Virus record (IMG/VR): IMGVR_UViG_3300021387_001034
Span: 30,600 to 94,599 of that record
Strand: one strand, 5' to 3'
Length of the DNA: 64,000 bases
Origin: a virus
Lineage: Duplodnaviria > Caudoviricetes
The position numbers and the translations under genes are program-made. This document shows, one piece after another, positions 1 to 10,450 of the stretch. The notes beneath the pieces were generated by a model. It was given only the letters and a program-made list of their open reading frames with translations. It was not told the origin of the DNA and made no database searches. The stretch's first letter is position 1. Every line of letters starts with the position of its first letter.

Positions 1-147
1 TAGAAGTTGAAGCTATTCAATGGCGCGGAAATAATACACAAGAAGTACTTAACTTTTGCGGCTGTGGGGCATATCATACGCCGCGGTCTTGCTATATAGT
101 AATATCCACGCTTGCGGGCGAACTACGTGTAATGCCCGGTAATTATA

Positions 148-651
148 TTGTTCGTGCTGTTGATAGTAATGAATACTACGTATATCGGGCACAACAATTT
201 CAAAGAATGTATGAGGAGAACGAGAATGGAAATTAATACTGAAATCAACAAGGTATTCGGGCAGGAAATGGCAAAGCTATTCTGCCAATCAATGGATGAA
301 GAAGAACTAAAGCAAAAGGCGCAGAATATTTGGCGCGAAATCACAAAGAAAGATTGCAGCTGGGGCAGTAGGGGAGATTCGGAACTGGAGAAGTATATTA
401 AGAATGAGTTTATGCGCGAAGTTCTAGATGAGGTAAAGAAAATATTGGCCGAGCCGCAGAATATGGACGCAGTGAAAGCGCGAGCGCGCGAAATGGTTGA
501 GGAATCTAGACGCATTGCGGAAAAAGCCATTATTGAATCAATGGCTACACATATGGTAGAGAATACACTATCCGTATACAATGCGCAATCGAAGTTTACC
601 CAGGATGTAATGAACACATTGCATCTCAAGGAAGCAAACCAGTGGAGGTAA
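148..651 (+). CDS. hypothetical protein (real start probably the ATG at 226 after GAGGAG)
   Basis: ORF track; helical charged protein; ends TAA. Confidence 0.7.
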   Translation: MFVLLIVMNTTYIGHNNFKECMRRTRMEINTEINKVFGQEMAKLFCQSMDEEELKQKAQNIWREITKKDCSWGSRGDSELEKYIKNEFMREVLDEVKKILAEPQNMDAVKARAREMVEESRRIAEKAIIESMATHMVENTLSVYNAQSKFTQDVMNTLHLKEANQWR

Positions 652-655
652 TAGG

Positions 656-829
656 ATGAAGGAAATAGCGGTAAATCTAGATGCAATGGGCCTGGCACCA
701 CATTATGAATATCACGTTAAGGTAAAGACATATAAGGACTTTATCGAGCTTAAAGTGAAAGACGGCCCAATCTACTTCTATACAAGTATGGCCGCAATGC
801 TAAAGGAATGGGAGTTTAAAGAAAAGTGA
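656..829 (+). CDS. hypothetical protein, 57 aa (MKEIAVNLDAMG...)
   Basis: GGAGG RBS at ~644, below ORF-track cutoff, overlaps the next start (GTGA). Confidence 0.65.
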   Translation: MKEIAVNLDAMGLAPHYEYHVKVKTYKDFIELKVKDGPIYFYTSMAAMLKEWEFKEK

Positions 830-1077
830 TAGTAGCAATATGTATTGCGTTTGCAATCGTGGTGGGACTGGGCGGCCTCTATGTAACAATGGAGGTCAAG
901 TCTTCGCGCGCGGAGACTGTATGTTTTGTAATTACGTTACTATGTATTGCGGGCGGCATTTGGTTCTTTACACACCTAGCGCCCGCCCCATCGGTTATTA
1001 ATATTGGGAATCCCGATACTAGTGTGGTAATTACAGTTACTGAAGGACAAGTAGTGGTGCGGCCGCAAGGAGAGTAA
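826..1077 (+). CDS. small membrane protein (2 TM segments)
   Basis: ORF track; hydrophobic segments. Confidence 0.7.
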   Translation: MIVAICIAFAIVVGLGGLYVTMEVKSSRAETVCFVITLLCIAGGIWFFTHLAPAPSVINIGNPDTSVVITVTEGQVVVRPQGE

Positions 1078-1083
1078 TATAAA

Positions 1084-1470
1084 ATGAAAGTATATATACT
1101 AACACAAGGTGAATATTCTGATTATCATATTGTCGGAGTCTACAGTACAAAAGAAAAGGCGCAAGAATTGTGCGATGCAATGCGCTCAAGCGGCACACTT
1201 TGGGATGAGCCGCAAGTTGAAGAGTATGAAATGGATGAACTTACTCCTACTATGGGATACATACATATTGGGTATACGCCAGAACATAATAGTGTTCATT
1301 CATACGGATTTACGTTCGCGCATATCTCTGATTCAATCTTCCCTTATGCTAAGCCGCCAGAGTTCATGTGCACCTTACCATACTCGCCGCGCCTATCTGA
1401 CCCCAAAGTATTACTAAAGGCGGCGCAAGACCGCTATATGCAATGGAAAGCGGAACAGGAGTTGTTTTAA
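1084..1470 (+). CDS. hypothetical phage protein (MKVYILTQGEYSDYHIVGVYST type)
   Basis: AGGAG RBS; N-terminus typical of small phage early proteins. Confidence 0.8.
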   Translation: MKVYILTQGEYSDYHIVGVYSTKEKAQELCDAMRSSGTLWDEPQVEEYEMDELTPTMGYIHIGYTPEHNSVHSYGFTFAHISDSIFPYAKPPEFMCTLPYSPRLSDPKVLLKAAQDRYMQWKAEQELF

Positions 1471-1471
1471 T

Positions 1472-1846
1472 ATGAACAAAACAAATTGCCCAAATTGCGG
1501 CGCCGCACTACCCCAGTTTGGCGGAAAGTGTGAGTTTTGCGGCACCCGCGTAGTTGATTTAACTATGCTTGACTTTGATGCGGCCGAGCCTACTATGTTT
1601 CTATTGCGGCTTCCTAAAAATATAACTGGGGAGGATGGCCGCCGCGTTCTTATTAGTATGTGGGCGCATCCGGAACTTGAGTCAATAACTATGGAGCCAG
1701 AAACGACATATTGCTATGGTAGAAACGGAGTAGTACTTACATCCTTTACTACTGAGCCACAAGTCGCGTTTGAAATGTCTTTGCATCCGTGCGCCGACCC
1801 GCGTGATAAGAGTATGTTTAAGATTGAGACATTGACTTTTGATTAA
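1472..1846 (+). CDS. zinc-ribbon protein
   Basis: CPNCG...CEFCG. Confidence 0.8.
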   Translation: MNKTNCPNCGAALPQFGGKCEFCGTRVVDLTMLDFDAAEPTMFLLRLPKNITGEDGRRVLISMWAHPELESITMEPETTYCYGRNGVVLTSFTTEPQVAFEMSLHPCADPRDKSMFKIETLTFD

Positions 1847-1860
1847 AATTGTGATATAAT
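1832..1860 (+). promoter_or_regulatory. sigma-A/70-type promoter
   Basis: TTGACT-N17-TATAAT. Confidence 0.75.
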
Positions 1861-1981
1861 ATGGATAGACGGGAGAGGTCTATCCTTTTTCTGTATTTTT
1901 TCTAAACTTTTTTTCTAATAAAAAGGAGAAAAGTAATAAAATCAAAAGTAAGGTTATCTCTTACTATATGGAGGTGGTAAA

Positions 1982-2182
1982 ATGATTGAAGTAAAGAAAC
2001 TTCAAATGCTATTTGATTTTGGTATTCCTATACAGATATTGGCGCGCGAATGCCGATGCTCGCCTTCTAGCATAAGAAATTACATAGCAGGAACGGCGCT
2101 TCCATCTGGTAGCAAGCAAATAGCAATTAAAGATGGATTAAATCATATTCTAAACAGCTTAGAAATAATTATTAAGGAGTGA
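1982..2182 (+). CDS. Cro/XRE-like HTH protein
   Basis: GGAGG RBS; IQILARECRCSPSSIRNYIAG HTH pattern. Confidence 0.75.
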   Translation: MIEVKKLQMLFDFGIPIQILARECRCSPSSIRNYIAGTALPSGSKQIAIKDGLNHILNSLEIIIKE

Positions 2183-2188
2183 ATTAGC

Positions 2189-2368
2189 GTGGACGAGCAT
2201 AATTATTACAAAGTGTTTACTTGGAAATTGGCAAATAAACTTAGCGATTTAGGTTTCCGGCCCGTAGGTCAACGTCTAAATTATAAAGACCCAACAAGGA
2301 AAGTAATCCTCTTTGAAGATACACCTGAGTTGCGAGCGGCTATTGAAAAGCTTACAAAGAAGGTGTAA
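2189..2368 (+). CDS. DUF5659-like small protein (59 aa, GTG start)
   Basis: AAGGAG RBS; VFTWKLANKLSDLGF...VILFEDTPELRAAI. Confidence 0.65.
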   Translation: MDEHNYYKVFTWKLANKLSDLGFRPVGQRLNYKDPTRKVILFEDTPELRAAIEKLTKKV

Positions 2369-2386
2369 GCAAGGAGGAGCATTATT

Positions 2387-2842
2387 ATGGCATTGCAAGG
2401 CATTGGAAAATCCGCACCATTGCTCGCTATTGAAGGCGATAAATGGGATAATCGCGGAACATATAACAAAACAGATAGACAAAATGGTTGCTACTTTTAT
2501 CAGCAACCACAAGAAATTATGAATTATATTATGAATGAACTTACAGGGCAACAAGGTAATATGTTAAAGTTAATGCTATTACTCATTAGTACTGATGTTG
2601 GATATGGGGTATCTCAACAATGGGTAATAAATTGCACCGGAATGCAGAAGGATAAATATTATGATGCCCGCGCAATATTAACAGAAATTAATTGGCTCTT
2701 ATATGAAGAACAGCCAAAAGGCCCAGCTCTATTAGGAGTTAATTATGATTACCTTTGGGCTCAAATACATCTCGCGCCTGAATTGCGCGAAAATACACAA
2801 GTAAAAATTAAAAATGCTAAATTAAAATTAAAAATAAAATAA
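2387..2842 (+). CDS. putative replication initiator / winged-helix DNA-binding protein
   Basis: AGGAGG RBS; immediately followed by iteron-like repeats; function inferred from context. Confidence 0.5.
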   Translation: MALQGIGKSAPLLAIEGDKWDNRGTYNKTDRQNGCYFYQQPQEIMNYIMNELTGQQGNMLKLMLLLISTDVGYGVSQQWVINCTGMQKDKYYDARAILTEINWLLYEEQPKGPALLGVNYDYLWAQIHLAPELRENTQVKIKNAKLKLKIK

Positions 2843-3000
2843 AGGTGGCGCTTCAATACCTTTTAAACTTTCTAAAAGGTGGCACTCCGCCCACTTAAAG
2901 GTGGCGCTCCGGGAGAAAAGGTGGCACTTCATCCTTTAAAAGGTGGCGTTCCGCCTACTATAATAGATAATAATAGATAATAATAATAATAAAAAATTAA
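2841..3000 (+). repeat. five AAAGGTGGCRYTYC direct repeats plus (TAA/TAGATAA)n AT-rich tract; candidate origin
   Basis: copies at 2841, 2875, 2897, 2917, 2939; AT tract 2959-3000. Confidence 0.75.
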
Positions 3001-3035
3001 TAGAGTTTTGCGCCTACGGCGCGAGGAGGAACACA

Positions 3036-3761
3036 ATGGAATGGAACACAAATTTATTGGCAGAAGACGATGATTATGGCATTTACGCAATTAAATGTAA
3101 ATCTTAGTTTCTTTATATAGGGATGTATAAATATGAGTGGGAAAGAGAAAAAGAAATAATTGAAAATTATATTACTTTCCCAGAGGGGACTTCCATCCGC
3201 GCTTTTCATAAATTAACTCCAGACGAACGCCTGAATAGTGAAGTAGTTTTACTATTCTCTACAGAAAATATGCGCTTATTGCATTTAAATGAACAAGTCT
3301 TACACTATAATACTTTAATTTGGATTAAATAGGCACTAATTTCTCTATACACTCCTAAATATAATAATTCCACTCTGCTTTTTAATGAGGCACATATACC
3401 CTTTAATTACGCAGATAATCAAGAAAGTCGTGGTTCGCGCGCGGTTGCAAAATGGCTAAAGCAACACGGGGTTCCCTTTGTACGAGAATATCAATATAGC
3501 GATTTAAAAGGGGATTATAAAAATCTACGTTTTGATTTTAAAGTTCAAGATAAACCTATAGTGATTGAATTTCAAGGCGAACAACATTATAGAGATATAG
3601 AAGTCTTTCCTGATTCTGCAACAACAAGACGATATGATTTACTTAAACGAGAATACTGCGGCGAAAAAGGAATTTTATTAATAGAAATTCCTTATAATTA
3701 TAAAAATTTAGATATGTATTTAAATTAGATTATGTATATACCATTTGATAATTTAATATAA
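3036..3761 (+). CDS. endonuclease: GIY-YIG-like N-terminus plus DUF559/Vsr-like PD-(D/E)xK domain (3 in-frame TAG)
   Basis: GAGGAGG RBS; GIYAIKCKS*FLYIG; LRFDF...IVIEFQGEQHY...KREYC..KGILLIEIPY. Confidence 0.75.
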
Positions 3762-3808
3762 TGCGGCGCGTGCCCCTCTGGCGAGGGGCCGCCGCGAAGG
3801 AGTATAAT

Positions 3809-4072
3809 ATGTATAAATCATCAGATGCATCCGCTACTTTAATTATGATTGGTATTCTAATAGTAATCCTTCTCTTCCTAACTGTCGTACGAAGTTGTAG
3901 CTCTTCAACCGCGTACAACAACGGAATCTGTCCCGTTTGCGGCGGCAACTTTGTCTTTAAAGAAACAGTAGGCCACCGCTACTCTACTAATTATATCTAC
4001 ATATGTGACAAATGCGGCTTTCTAATTGAGAGCGGAACTTATTTTGGTTCGGGCGCGAAAGGAGGAACCTAA
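3809..4072 (+). CDS. membrane-anchored zinc-ribbon protein
   Basis: AAGGAG RBS; TM segment then CPVC...CDKC. Confidence 0.75.
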   Translation: MYKSSDASATLIMIGILIVILLFLTVVRSCSSSTAYNNGICPVCGGNFVFKETVGHRYSTNYIYICDKCGFLIESGTYFGSGAKGGT

Positions 4073-4075
4073 ATC

Positions 4076-4402
4076 GTGATAATAATAATAATTTTTTGGA
4101 CTGTTCTTACTTTTTTTCTAGTCTGGCTACCTATGTATGTGGATATGGAATATAAAAACGATATAATATGGGTATCTAAAAACTATGAACTAAATAGGTT
4201 CTTCACCTACTTCCTGCCGCCGCACGCTATTATGTATGAAAACTGCTGCGAGCGCATTAATGGTGATGGCCTTATGTGCCTATTGCTTCTCATTACTTTT
4301 CTAACTCTCCCAACTACTCTAATAATGAGCCTAATTGGCGCAATCGTATCCTTACTTCGCTTTCTATGGAAACTCTTCTGTAAATCTTTTGCGCGCGAAT
4401 AA
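4076..4402 (+). CDS. membrane protein
   Basis: AGGAGG RBS; hydrophobic segments. Confidence 0.7.
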   Translation: MIIIIIFWTVLTFFLVWLPMYVDMEYKNDIIWVSKNYELNRFFTYFLPPHAIMYENCCERINGDGLMCLLLLITFLTLPTTLIMSLIGAIVSLLRFLWKLFCKSFARE

Positions 4403-4487
4403 AAGAAATTGATATTACAGAAATAAAATAATAAAATAATTCAAAGTCATACCACCTATTGGTATGAACAAAACGGAGGTAATGTAA

Positions 4488-4937
4488 ATGGAAAATAAAT
4501 TTTTTCTCCATCGCATTCGTAAAGAAGGCGATACATATAATAAAGGTATCGAGGTACACGATAGCCTTGATGCCGCAATTCAGTCCTTTCACAGCGTAAT
4601 GAAAACCGCATATAACAACCCAGCTAACCCCAACGTAACCTACGTGTCCTGTATGGTTACAGATGGCGAAGACAAAGTAGTAGATAACTATAGCGAGACT
4701 TGGGCGCGCGAACCCGTACCCGAATTCTTCCTTCATTACATTCGCCGCGATGGCGAAACCTACACTAAAGGTATAGATGTTTTCCAAACCTATGCCGCCG
4801 CCTGCCGCAGCTTCCACTCTCAGATGGAGTACGGCTACGGCAACTCCAAATTCCCCAATGTAGGTTTTGTTGCGGCAAAAATTACCGGTGCTAGTGGTAA
4901 GGAACATAAAAGTGAAGCTTGGGCGCAAGGGGCGTGA
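4488..4937 (+). CDS. hypothetical protein made of two ~74-aa internal repeats
   Basis: FFLHRIRKEGDTYNKGIEV / FFLHYIRRDGETYTKGIDV. Confidence 0.85.
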   Translation: MENKFFLHRIRKEGDTYNKGIEVHDSLDAAIQSFHSVMKTAYNNPANPNVTYVSCMVTDGEDKVVDNYSETWAREPVPEFFLHYIRRDGETYTKGIDVFQTYAAACRSFHSQMEYGYGNSKFPNVGFVAAKITGASGKEHKSEAWAQGA

Positions 4938-4941
4938 TTAA

Positions 4942-5751
4942 ATGCATATTATTTCTAAACGAGGTAACTAGGATAATGTAATAACATATGAGCATATATG
5001 CGATACGCAAGCAGATATGGCGTCCATTGAGAGGCAATATATTACGCTTGGCTCCGTTTGTATAGTCCTATAGGGACAGGGCGGCGCAATGGAAGTATAT
5101 ATGGCGGATTCTAGTAAAGAATGGCATAGTATTATTGTAAATGCGGGCGCCGATTCTTCTGCCGCTGGCGGCCTATCTATTCATATATGTTCTGCGGCAG
5201 AAGTATCAAATGGAAAACCTAATATTGAGTTTCCTTTAGCTACTGTGCTTTATTTAGTACCAACCTCTGGAGATAGCGATAATCTATATGATGAGTATAT
5301 TTATGTAAATGATGCGTGGGAGCGCTTTGGCAGCGGCCAAGTTAGCTCTAATGCGCTTACGTATGGAAGTACTGTTAAGAGCGCGAATTTGTTAGTGGAT
5401 GATGGAATTATAACCACTGAAATGGAGCGGCCGGGCGCGATTACGTTAATAACTAACGAAGATTTGGATACAATAATGAACATTAAATTAACAAACTCTA
5501 ATTAGATTCCAATTACACATTATAAAATAGAAGAACTGGAAATAGGGTCAAGTATTATATTTTCAGATCTAGTAAATGATACCTATACTTTAACATGGGA
5601 TTATTATTTAACAGAAAATGATAATACAACTTTTTATATTTATGATATTAATGGACAAGAATTAGCTAGAGAAGTAACAAGTTTTAATATAGAAATTAAT
5701 GACACTTCAGTAATTTATGTATTATCTTTGGATGAAATAGGAGGGAAATAA
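4942..5751 (+). CDS. virion-associated protein, N-terminus paralogous to 48729 (3 TAG read through)
   Basis: MHIISKRGN*DNVITYEHICDT aligns with MTIMSKRGQQDNVVTYEHICDT; LYLVP...YDEYIYVN..WE motif; ends TAA. Confidence 0.85.
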
Positions 5752-5753
5752 AT

Positions 5754-6518
5754 ATGTCTGGAAACATAGATGATAAAGCTTCACAAAAAATAGAACCAAT
5801 CATACCAGAGCTTCCATCAGCTTATATTCCACAAGAAAAAACCGTGCTAACTGATTTTTGTGTTATAATGTTTGTATATTATTTACCTTCTAAAGAAGGA
5901 AAAACAATTGATGAAGGAACATCAGCGCTTCTATAGTTAGCTCACCCGAGTATAGATACTTCACTATTTGCTTTAACTTACAATTCGCAAAATGACTCCA
6001 AGTATGGTTATCATCAATCAATCTCTAATGATGGTTCATACTATTTAATACCTTTAGAAGAAAATCAAGAATTAGATTTTTTTGTACTTTTTGGATTCGA
6101 TCAAGGAAGCGCTATATAGATATGTTCCCGTGATGATTTTTTTTATGGTAGTAGTGAACAGATTGTAACAAATTCTCCCTATACTTTTCATTACATTTTA
6201 TGTAATATTGCATCTTTAGACGATTATAGTAACTTTACTATAACAGATACATATCTTGATATAACTAATTTACCTATTCCAGACATAAGTGATTATCCAG
6301 TTACTACTATACCAGTATCTAAAAATACAATTGTCATCGCAAATGATACTAATTAGTCATATGTTTATACAGATAACGGTTGGCAATTATTTGCAAATAA
6401 TGCAGAAAATATTACAGATGAAGAAACTGAACTTTTTATTCGCGGGTTAATTTATCATGAAAATATTGAAGATGATTCATCTGGTTCTGATGATGGATCA
6501 GGAGGTCAAGAGAAATAA
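5754..6518 (+). CDS. hypothetical acidic protein (3 TAG read through)
   Basis: AGGAGG RBS; open to TAA at 6516 if TAG is sense. Confidence 0.7.
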
Positions 6519-6537
6519 TGGCGCGAGGTGAGTTATA

Positions 6538-8181
6538 ATGGCATAGGTTCCAGGTTCAATAAATAAAACAATACCATCTATTTTGTCTAATAAATTAATT
6601 ACTACAGATGCGTTATGGAATATTCTATCTGAAATGACAACAGAAATTTATAATAATATACCGCAACCAGAAACTGTAGATATATCTGGGAAGGCGGACA
6701 AACATAACACATTACTTACAGGATATTTAAAATTAGATAGTACTAATGATAATCCTCTTTCCAACACTGTGGCTATTGGTATTAATAATCAAATTTATAC
6801 TGCACCTTCAGTCGCAATTGGTGCACAAAATAAAAATCGATCAGATTGTTCTTTAACAGTTGGGAATGGTAATAAAGTAACAAGTTCAAATTCTGTAGGA
6901 ATAGGATATTTCAATTGCGCTTTTGGAGAAAATAGTTTTTCTTCAGGTAGGAATACTATAGCTTTTGGAGCCGCTAGTCATGCCGAAGGCTAGGGTGTAT
7001 CTTCAGTTTCAGTTGGAAAATTGAGTACAAAATCTAGTGCTAATAAAACGATTGTTTAGCTTACTTCCAAGACATCTGATTATTATTCTTATATAGAGCC
7101 CGGTTATGCATTAACGAATTCATCTGGAGAAATCTATATAGTAATTGAATGCTCTCAAGAAAATGAAGAAATTCGATTAAATAAAGATTTTACAAGTTCT
7201 ACGGATGATACCTGGACCCTAGTATATGGAGTAGCGTATGGAGCTTCTTCACATGTAGAAGGGTATGATTCTGTTGCTTCTGGTGATTCTAGTCATGCGG
7301 AAGGATTCCAAACTTTTGCTTAGAATTCAGGAAGTCATTCTGAAGGATCAAATTCAAGAGCAACAGGACACGCAGCACATGCAGAGGGCGGCAGTACTAT
7401 AGCTTCGAATGGATATTCTCATGCTGAAGGCCATAAGTCCCAAGCAACTGGCGAAGATTCTCATGCCGAAGGATATTAGACATTAGCGTCTAGTAGCCAT
7501 GCTCATGCGGAAGGAAACAATACACAAGCAACTGCCTCAGGGGCCCATGCAGAAGGAGAATCGACTACAGCATCTGGGGATAATTCTCATGCTGAAGGGT
7601 ACTTAACTAAAGCAACAGGCAAGTATAGCCATGCAGAAGGCGAGCGTTCAGAAGCTTCTGGTGTAGGGACACATGCAGAAGGGCATCTTTGTAAGGCACC
7701 AGGTCACTATTCTCATGCTGAAGGATTTTACACGGAGGTTCGAGGAGAAAGTGCTCATGTAGAAGGATGGAATACGATTGCAACTGGCGCGTATTCTCAT
7801 GTAATTGGAACTTATAATATAGAAGATTCATATGAAAATTGGCCTAGTTGGAATATGAATACCTCATACAAGATAGGAGATAAAATAAAAATAACACAAA
7901 ACAATTCTCTAGTAGGATATAAATGTGTTAAAGATAATAATGATAGTGTTTTTGATGAAAAAAACTGGCGGCTAGAACCTAAACAAAACTGGGTAGAAAT
8001 TGTTGGTAATGGAAATACAAATCGAAGCCGCTCCAACGCCCGCACTCTCGACTGGGATGGTAACGAATGGCTTGCAGGCAATATAACAGTAAATGGCGGC
8101 TCCCTTACTCTCCATGACCAAGACGGAGATGTTACAATTACTGCCGCACAACTACGATCCTTATTAGCAACTCTACAATAA
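6538..8181 (+). CDS. YadA/Hep_Hag-like head-repeat adhesin or tail-fibre protein (TAG read through)
   Basis: many 14-aa ASGxxSHAEG repeats; C-terminal VGNG...RSNARTLDWDGNEWLAG; joins ORFs 6583 and 7855. Confidence 0.85.
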
Positions 8182-8187
8182 TTCCAA

Positions 8188-8215
8188 TGGGCGCGAAAGC
8201 GCCCACCTTTTTTAT
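8188..8215 (+). terminator. intrinsic terminator
   Basis: TGGGCGC-GAAA-GCGCCCA followed by T-tract. Confidence 0.8.
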
Positions 8216-8244
8216 TTGACTTTTTTCCAAATTTCTGCTATAAT
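8216..8244 (+). promoter_or_regulatory. sigma-A/70-type promoter
   Basis: TTGACT-N17-TATAAT with TG extended -10. Confidence 0.8.
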
Positions 8245-8270
8245 ATAAAAAAAGAGAAAGGGGAATTAGT

Positions 8271-9056
8271 ATGGATAAAACTTCGTTGGGCGACCGTATG
8301 AAGGCATATGAGAATGTAGAAAGAAAGTACCTGACGCGGCGCCTCCCATTGATAGTGAGAATCGACGGCTGCCATTTCCATAGCTTCACACATAACTTCG
8401 ACAAACCATTCGACACCTCCCTTATGTTCTGTATGCAGAGGACTGCTTACTTCCTTTGCCGCAATATTATGGGCGCGAAGCTTGCTTACACTCAGTCCGA
8501 CGAAATCAGTTTACTTCTGACGGATGACGACACCATTGATACTGAAGCGTGGTTTGGCAAGAACTTGCAGAAAATCGTAAGCGTTTCCGCCGCAATGGCA
8601 ACCAACTTCTTTAATGCGGCGGTCTGTTATGAAGTAAATAATAGGCTCGCCTCTGAGGGTCTTGCAGACGCTTACTATGATGAGAAACTCGCTATCTTCG
8701 ATGCTCGCGCCTTCACACTGCCACACGATGAGGTACTGAATTACTTCGTCTGGCGCCAGCAGGACTGCACGCGCAACTCCATACAGATGGTTGGGTGCGC
8801 GAACTTCTCGCAGAAGGAACTGCACGGCAAGTCCTGTAATGCAATTCAGGATATGCTTATGACCCAGAAGGGTATTAACTGGAATGACTTTACGACCTCC
8901 GAAAAGCGTGGTACTTGTGTCATTAAAAAGGACCGCCCAGTTCTCACGCCAGACGGCGAACTAAAAATGCGGGGTGAATGGGGCTTTGATTTCGATATTC
9001 CTATTTTCAATCGGTCTCCTGAGTATATTAATAACCTAGTCTATCACAGAGGGTAA
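8271..9056 (+). CDS. thg1: tRNA(His) guanylyltransferase / Thg1-like 3'-5' polymerase
   Basis: LGDRMKAYE, VRIDGCHFHSFT, YTQSDEISL, FDARAF, WRQQDCTRNSI, KRGT motifs. Confidence 0.95.
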   Translation: MDKTSLGDRMKAYENVERKYLTRRLPLIVRIDGCHFHSFTHNFDKPFDTSLMFCMQRTAYFLCRNIMGAKLAYTQSDEISLLLTDDDTIDTEAWFGKNLQKIVSVSAAMATNFFNAAVCYEVNNRLASEGLADAYYDEKLAIFDARAFTLPHDEVLNYFVWRQQDCTRNSIQMVGCANFSQKELHGKSCNAIQDMLMTQKGINWNDFTTSEKRGTCVIKKDRPVLTPDGELKMRGEWGFDFDIPIFNRSPEYINNLVYHRG

Positions 9057-9060
9057 AGAA

Positions 9061-9534
9061 ATGTTTGGGCGCAAAAAGAAACAAGAACAGGAACGGGCGC
9101 AGGCCCACGAGGAACTGATAAAAGAACTTCTAAAGCCGCCGTGCCAGCGCGCTGGCGGCAGTCATAAGTGGCGCGACTTCCCCGCCTATATTGAATATGA
9201 CGGTTACTCTGTATCTGTATACGAGCCCTACGTCTGTATCTATTGCGGCCAGCGCAAGAATGTAAGGTTGGAGCATATAGTATGGAAGGGCGGAGTTAAG
9301 CCAAAGGAGCGCCAAGAAGAAATAAAGCGTATGGAAGAGCAGTACAAAGACCTCATCAAGCCAAACGCTATTGTAGAAGATATGGTCAACGATGCTATTA
9401 TGGTTGACCGCGAAACCCTAAAGTATTGGGACCAGATACACAATATTGGAGAACAGAAAAAAGAAACCGAGGAAGAGCGCCTTGAGCGCTATGCTAAAGA
9501 ACTATTTGGAAACCCAGAACAATACGAACCATAA
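9061..9534 (+). CDS. hypothetical protein
   Basis: ORF track; CxxC. Confidence 0.75.
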   Translation: MFGRKKKQEQERAQAHEELIKELLKPPCQRAGGSHKWRDFPAYIEYDGYSVSVYEPYVCIYCGQRKNVRLEHIVWKGGVKPKERQEEIKRMEEQYKDLIKPNAIVEDMVNDAIMVDRETLKYWDQIHNIGEQKKETEEERLERYAKELFGNPEQYEP

Positions 9535-9547
9535 GGAGAAAAGAAAA

Positions 9548-9748
9548 ATGCCTAAGACTTTGGAAGAACTCGCAACTATGCTCTCAAAGCGCGATGGTGC
9601 CAGCTTTGAGGAAGAAATGGCGGCCATCCGTGATGCAGCCGCAGAGATGGAATTTGCTTTTATGAATGGTAGCCTCACGCAGGCAGAAGATATTCTGCGC
9701 GAAGACCTTGGTTTGGAACCCGATTATTTGGACCTATTTATTTTCTAA
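9548..9748 (+). CDS. hypothetical phage protein (MPKTLEELA...GLEPDYLDLF)
   Basis: AAGGAG RBS. Confidence 0.75.
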   Translation: MPKTLEELATMLSKRDGASFEEEMAAIRDAAAEMEFAFMNGSLTQAEDILREDLGLEPDYLDLFIF

Positions 9749-9761
9749 GGGAGATGGTAAT

Positions 9762-10013
9762 ATGGAACTTACTGCACAAATGGCATATGAATATGCACTG
9801 CGCAAGCCCGTGCGCGATGCCGCGAATGAACTTGATTTGATAAAAATGAACATTCGTACGAAAGCAAGAAAAGGAGAATTTTATTTAAGAGAAAAGTATA
9901 TATGTCCTCTTAATCTTGATTACCTAAAGTTGCGCGGATTCAGTATAGAGCAAGAAGATAATGGCGACTATATAGTTGGTTGGGAGCATCCAAGTGACCA
10001 AATTTATCATTGA
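9762..10013 (+). CDS. hypothetical protein
   Basis: start MELTAQ after GGAG. Confidence 0.7.
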   Translation: MELTAQMAYEYALRKPVRDAANELDLIKMNIRTKARKGEFYLREKYICPLNLDYLKLRGFSIEQEDNGDYIVGWEHPSDQIYH

Positions 10014-10251
10014 CGAGTACGATAAGTACTCACCTTCTGATAAAGCGGCCGCCCGCTTCATTTTCCGTGACCGCTATAATTCGCAATGGGCAATTAAAGA
10101 ATATGAATATAAAGATGGATAGCTGGCGCGGCCGCTATCCGTCTATGAGAATGATAATATGAACCAGCATTTTATGCTATTTGACTCTTATGATGAAGCA
10201 TACGAGGCTGTAATGACACAGCGGGCGCATGACCATAGGAGACTCGTATAA
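9994..10251 (+). CDS. hypothetical protein (GTG start, one TAG)
   Basis: GGGAG RBS; fills the gap only if TAG is sense. Confidence 0.6.
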
Positions 10252-10267
10252 CTATAGGAGAATAAAT

Positions 10268-10450
10268 ATGGACGAAAATAGATATGAACTTTGGTACGAT
10301 AATTTTGGGGATGGAAAAATTGTAGAACGTATTGCGGCAGACCTAGATTTAGAAACAGCGTGCCTACTTATAAAAGCGGTTATGGAAAAATACTTCGCCG
10401 ATACGCAATTCTCCCTAATCCTCAAGCACGCGGAGGCCAAGAATGAGTAA
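10268..10450 (+). CDS. hypothetical protein
   Basis: AGGAG RBS. Confidence 0.7.
   Translation: MDENRYELWYDNFGDGKIVERIAADLDLETACLLIKAVMEKYFADTQFSLILKHAEAKNE

Noticed and set aside
2841-2960. CRISPR array
   Set aside because: Repeats are 14 bp with 6-20-bp gaps; no spacer-sized unique sequences and no cas genes.
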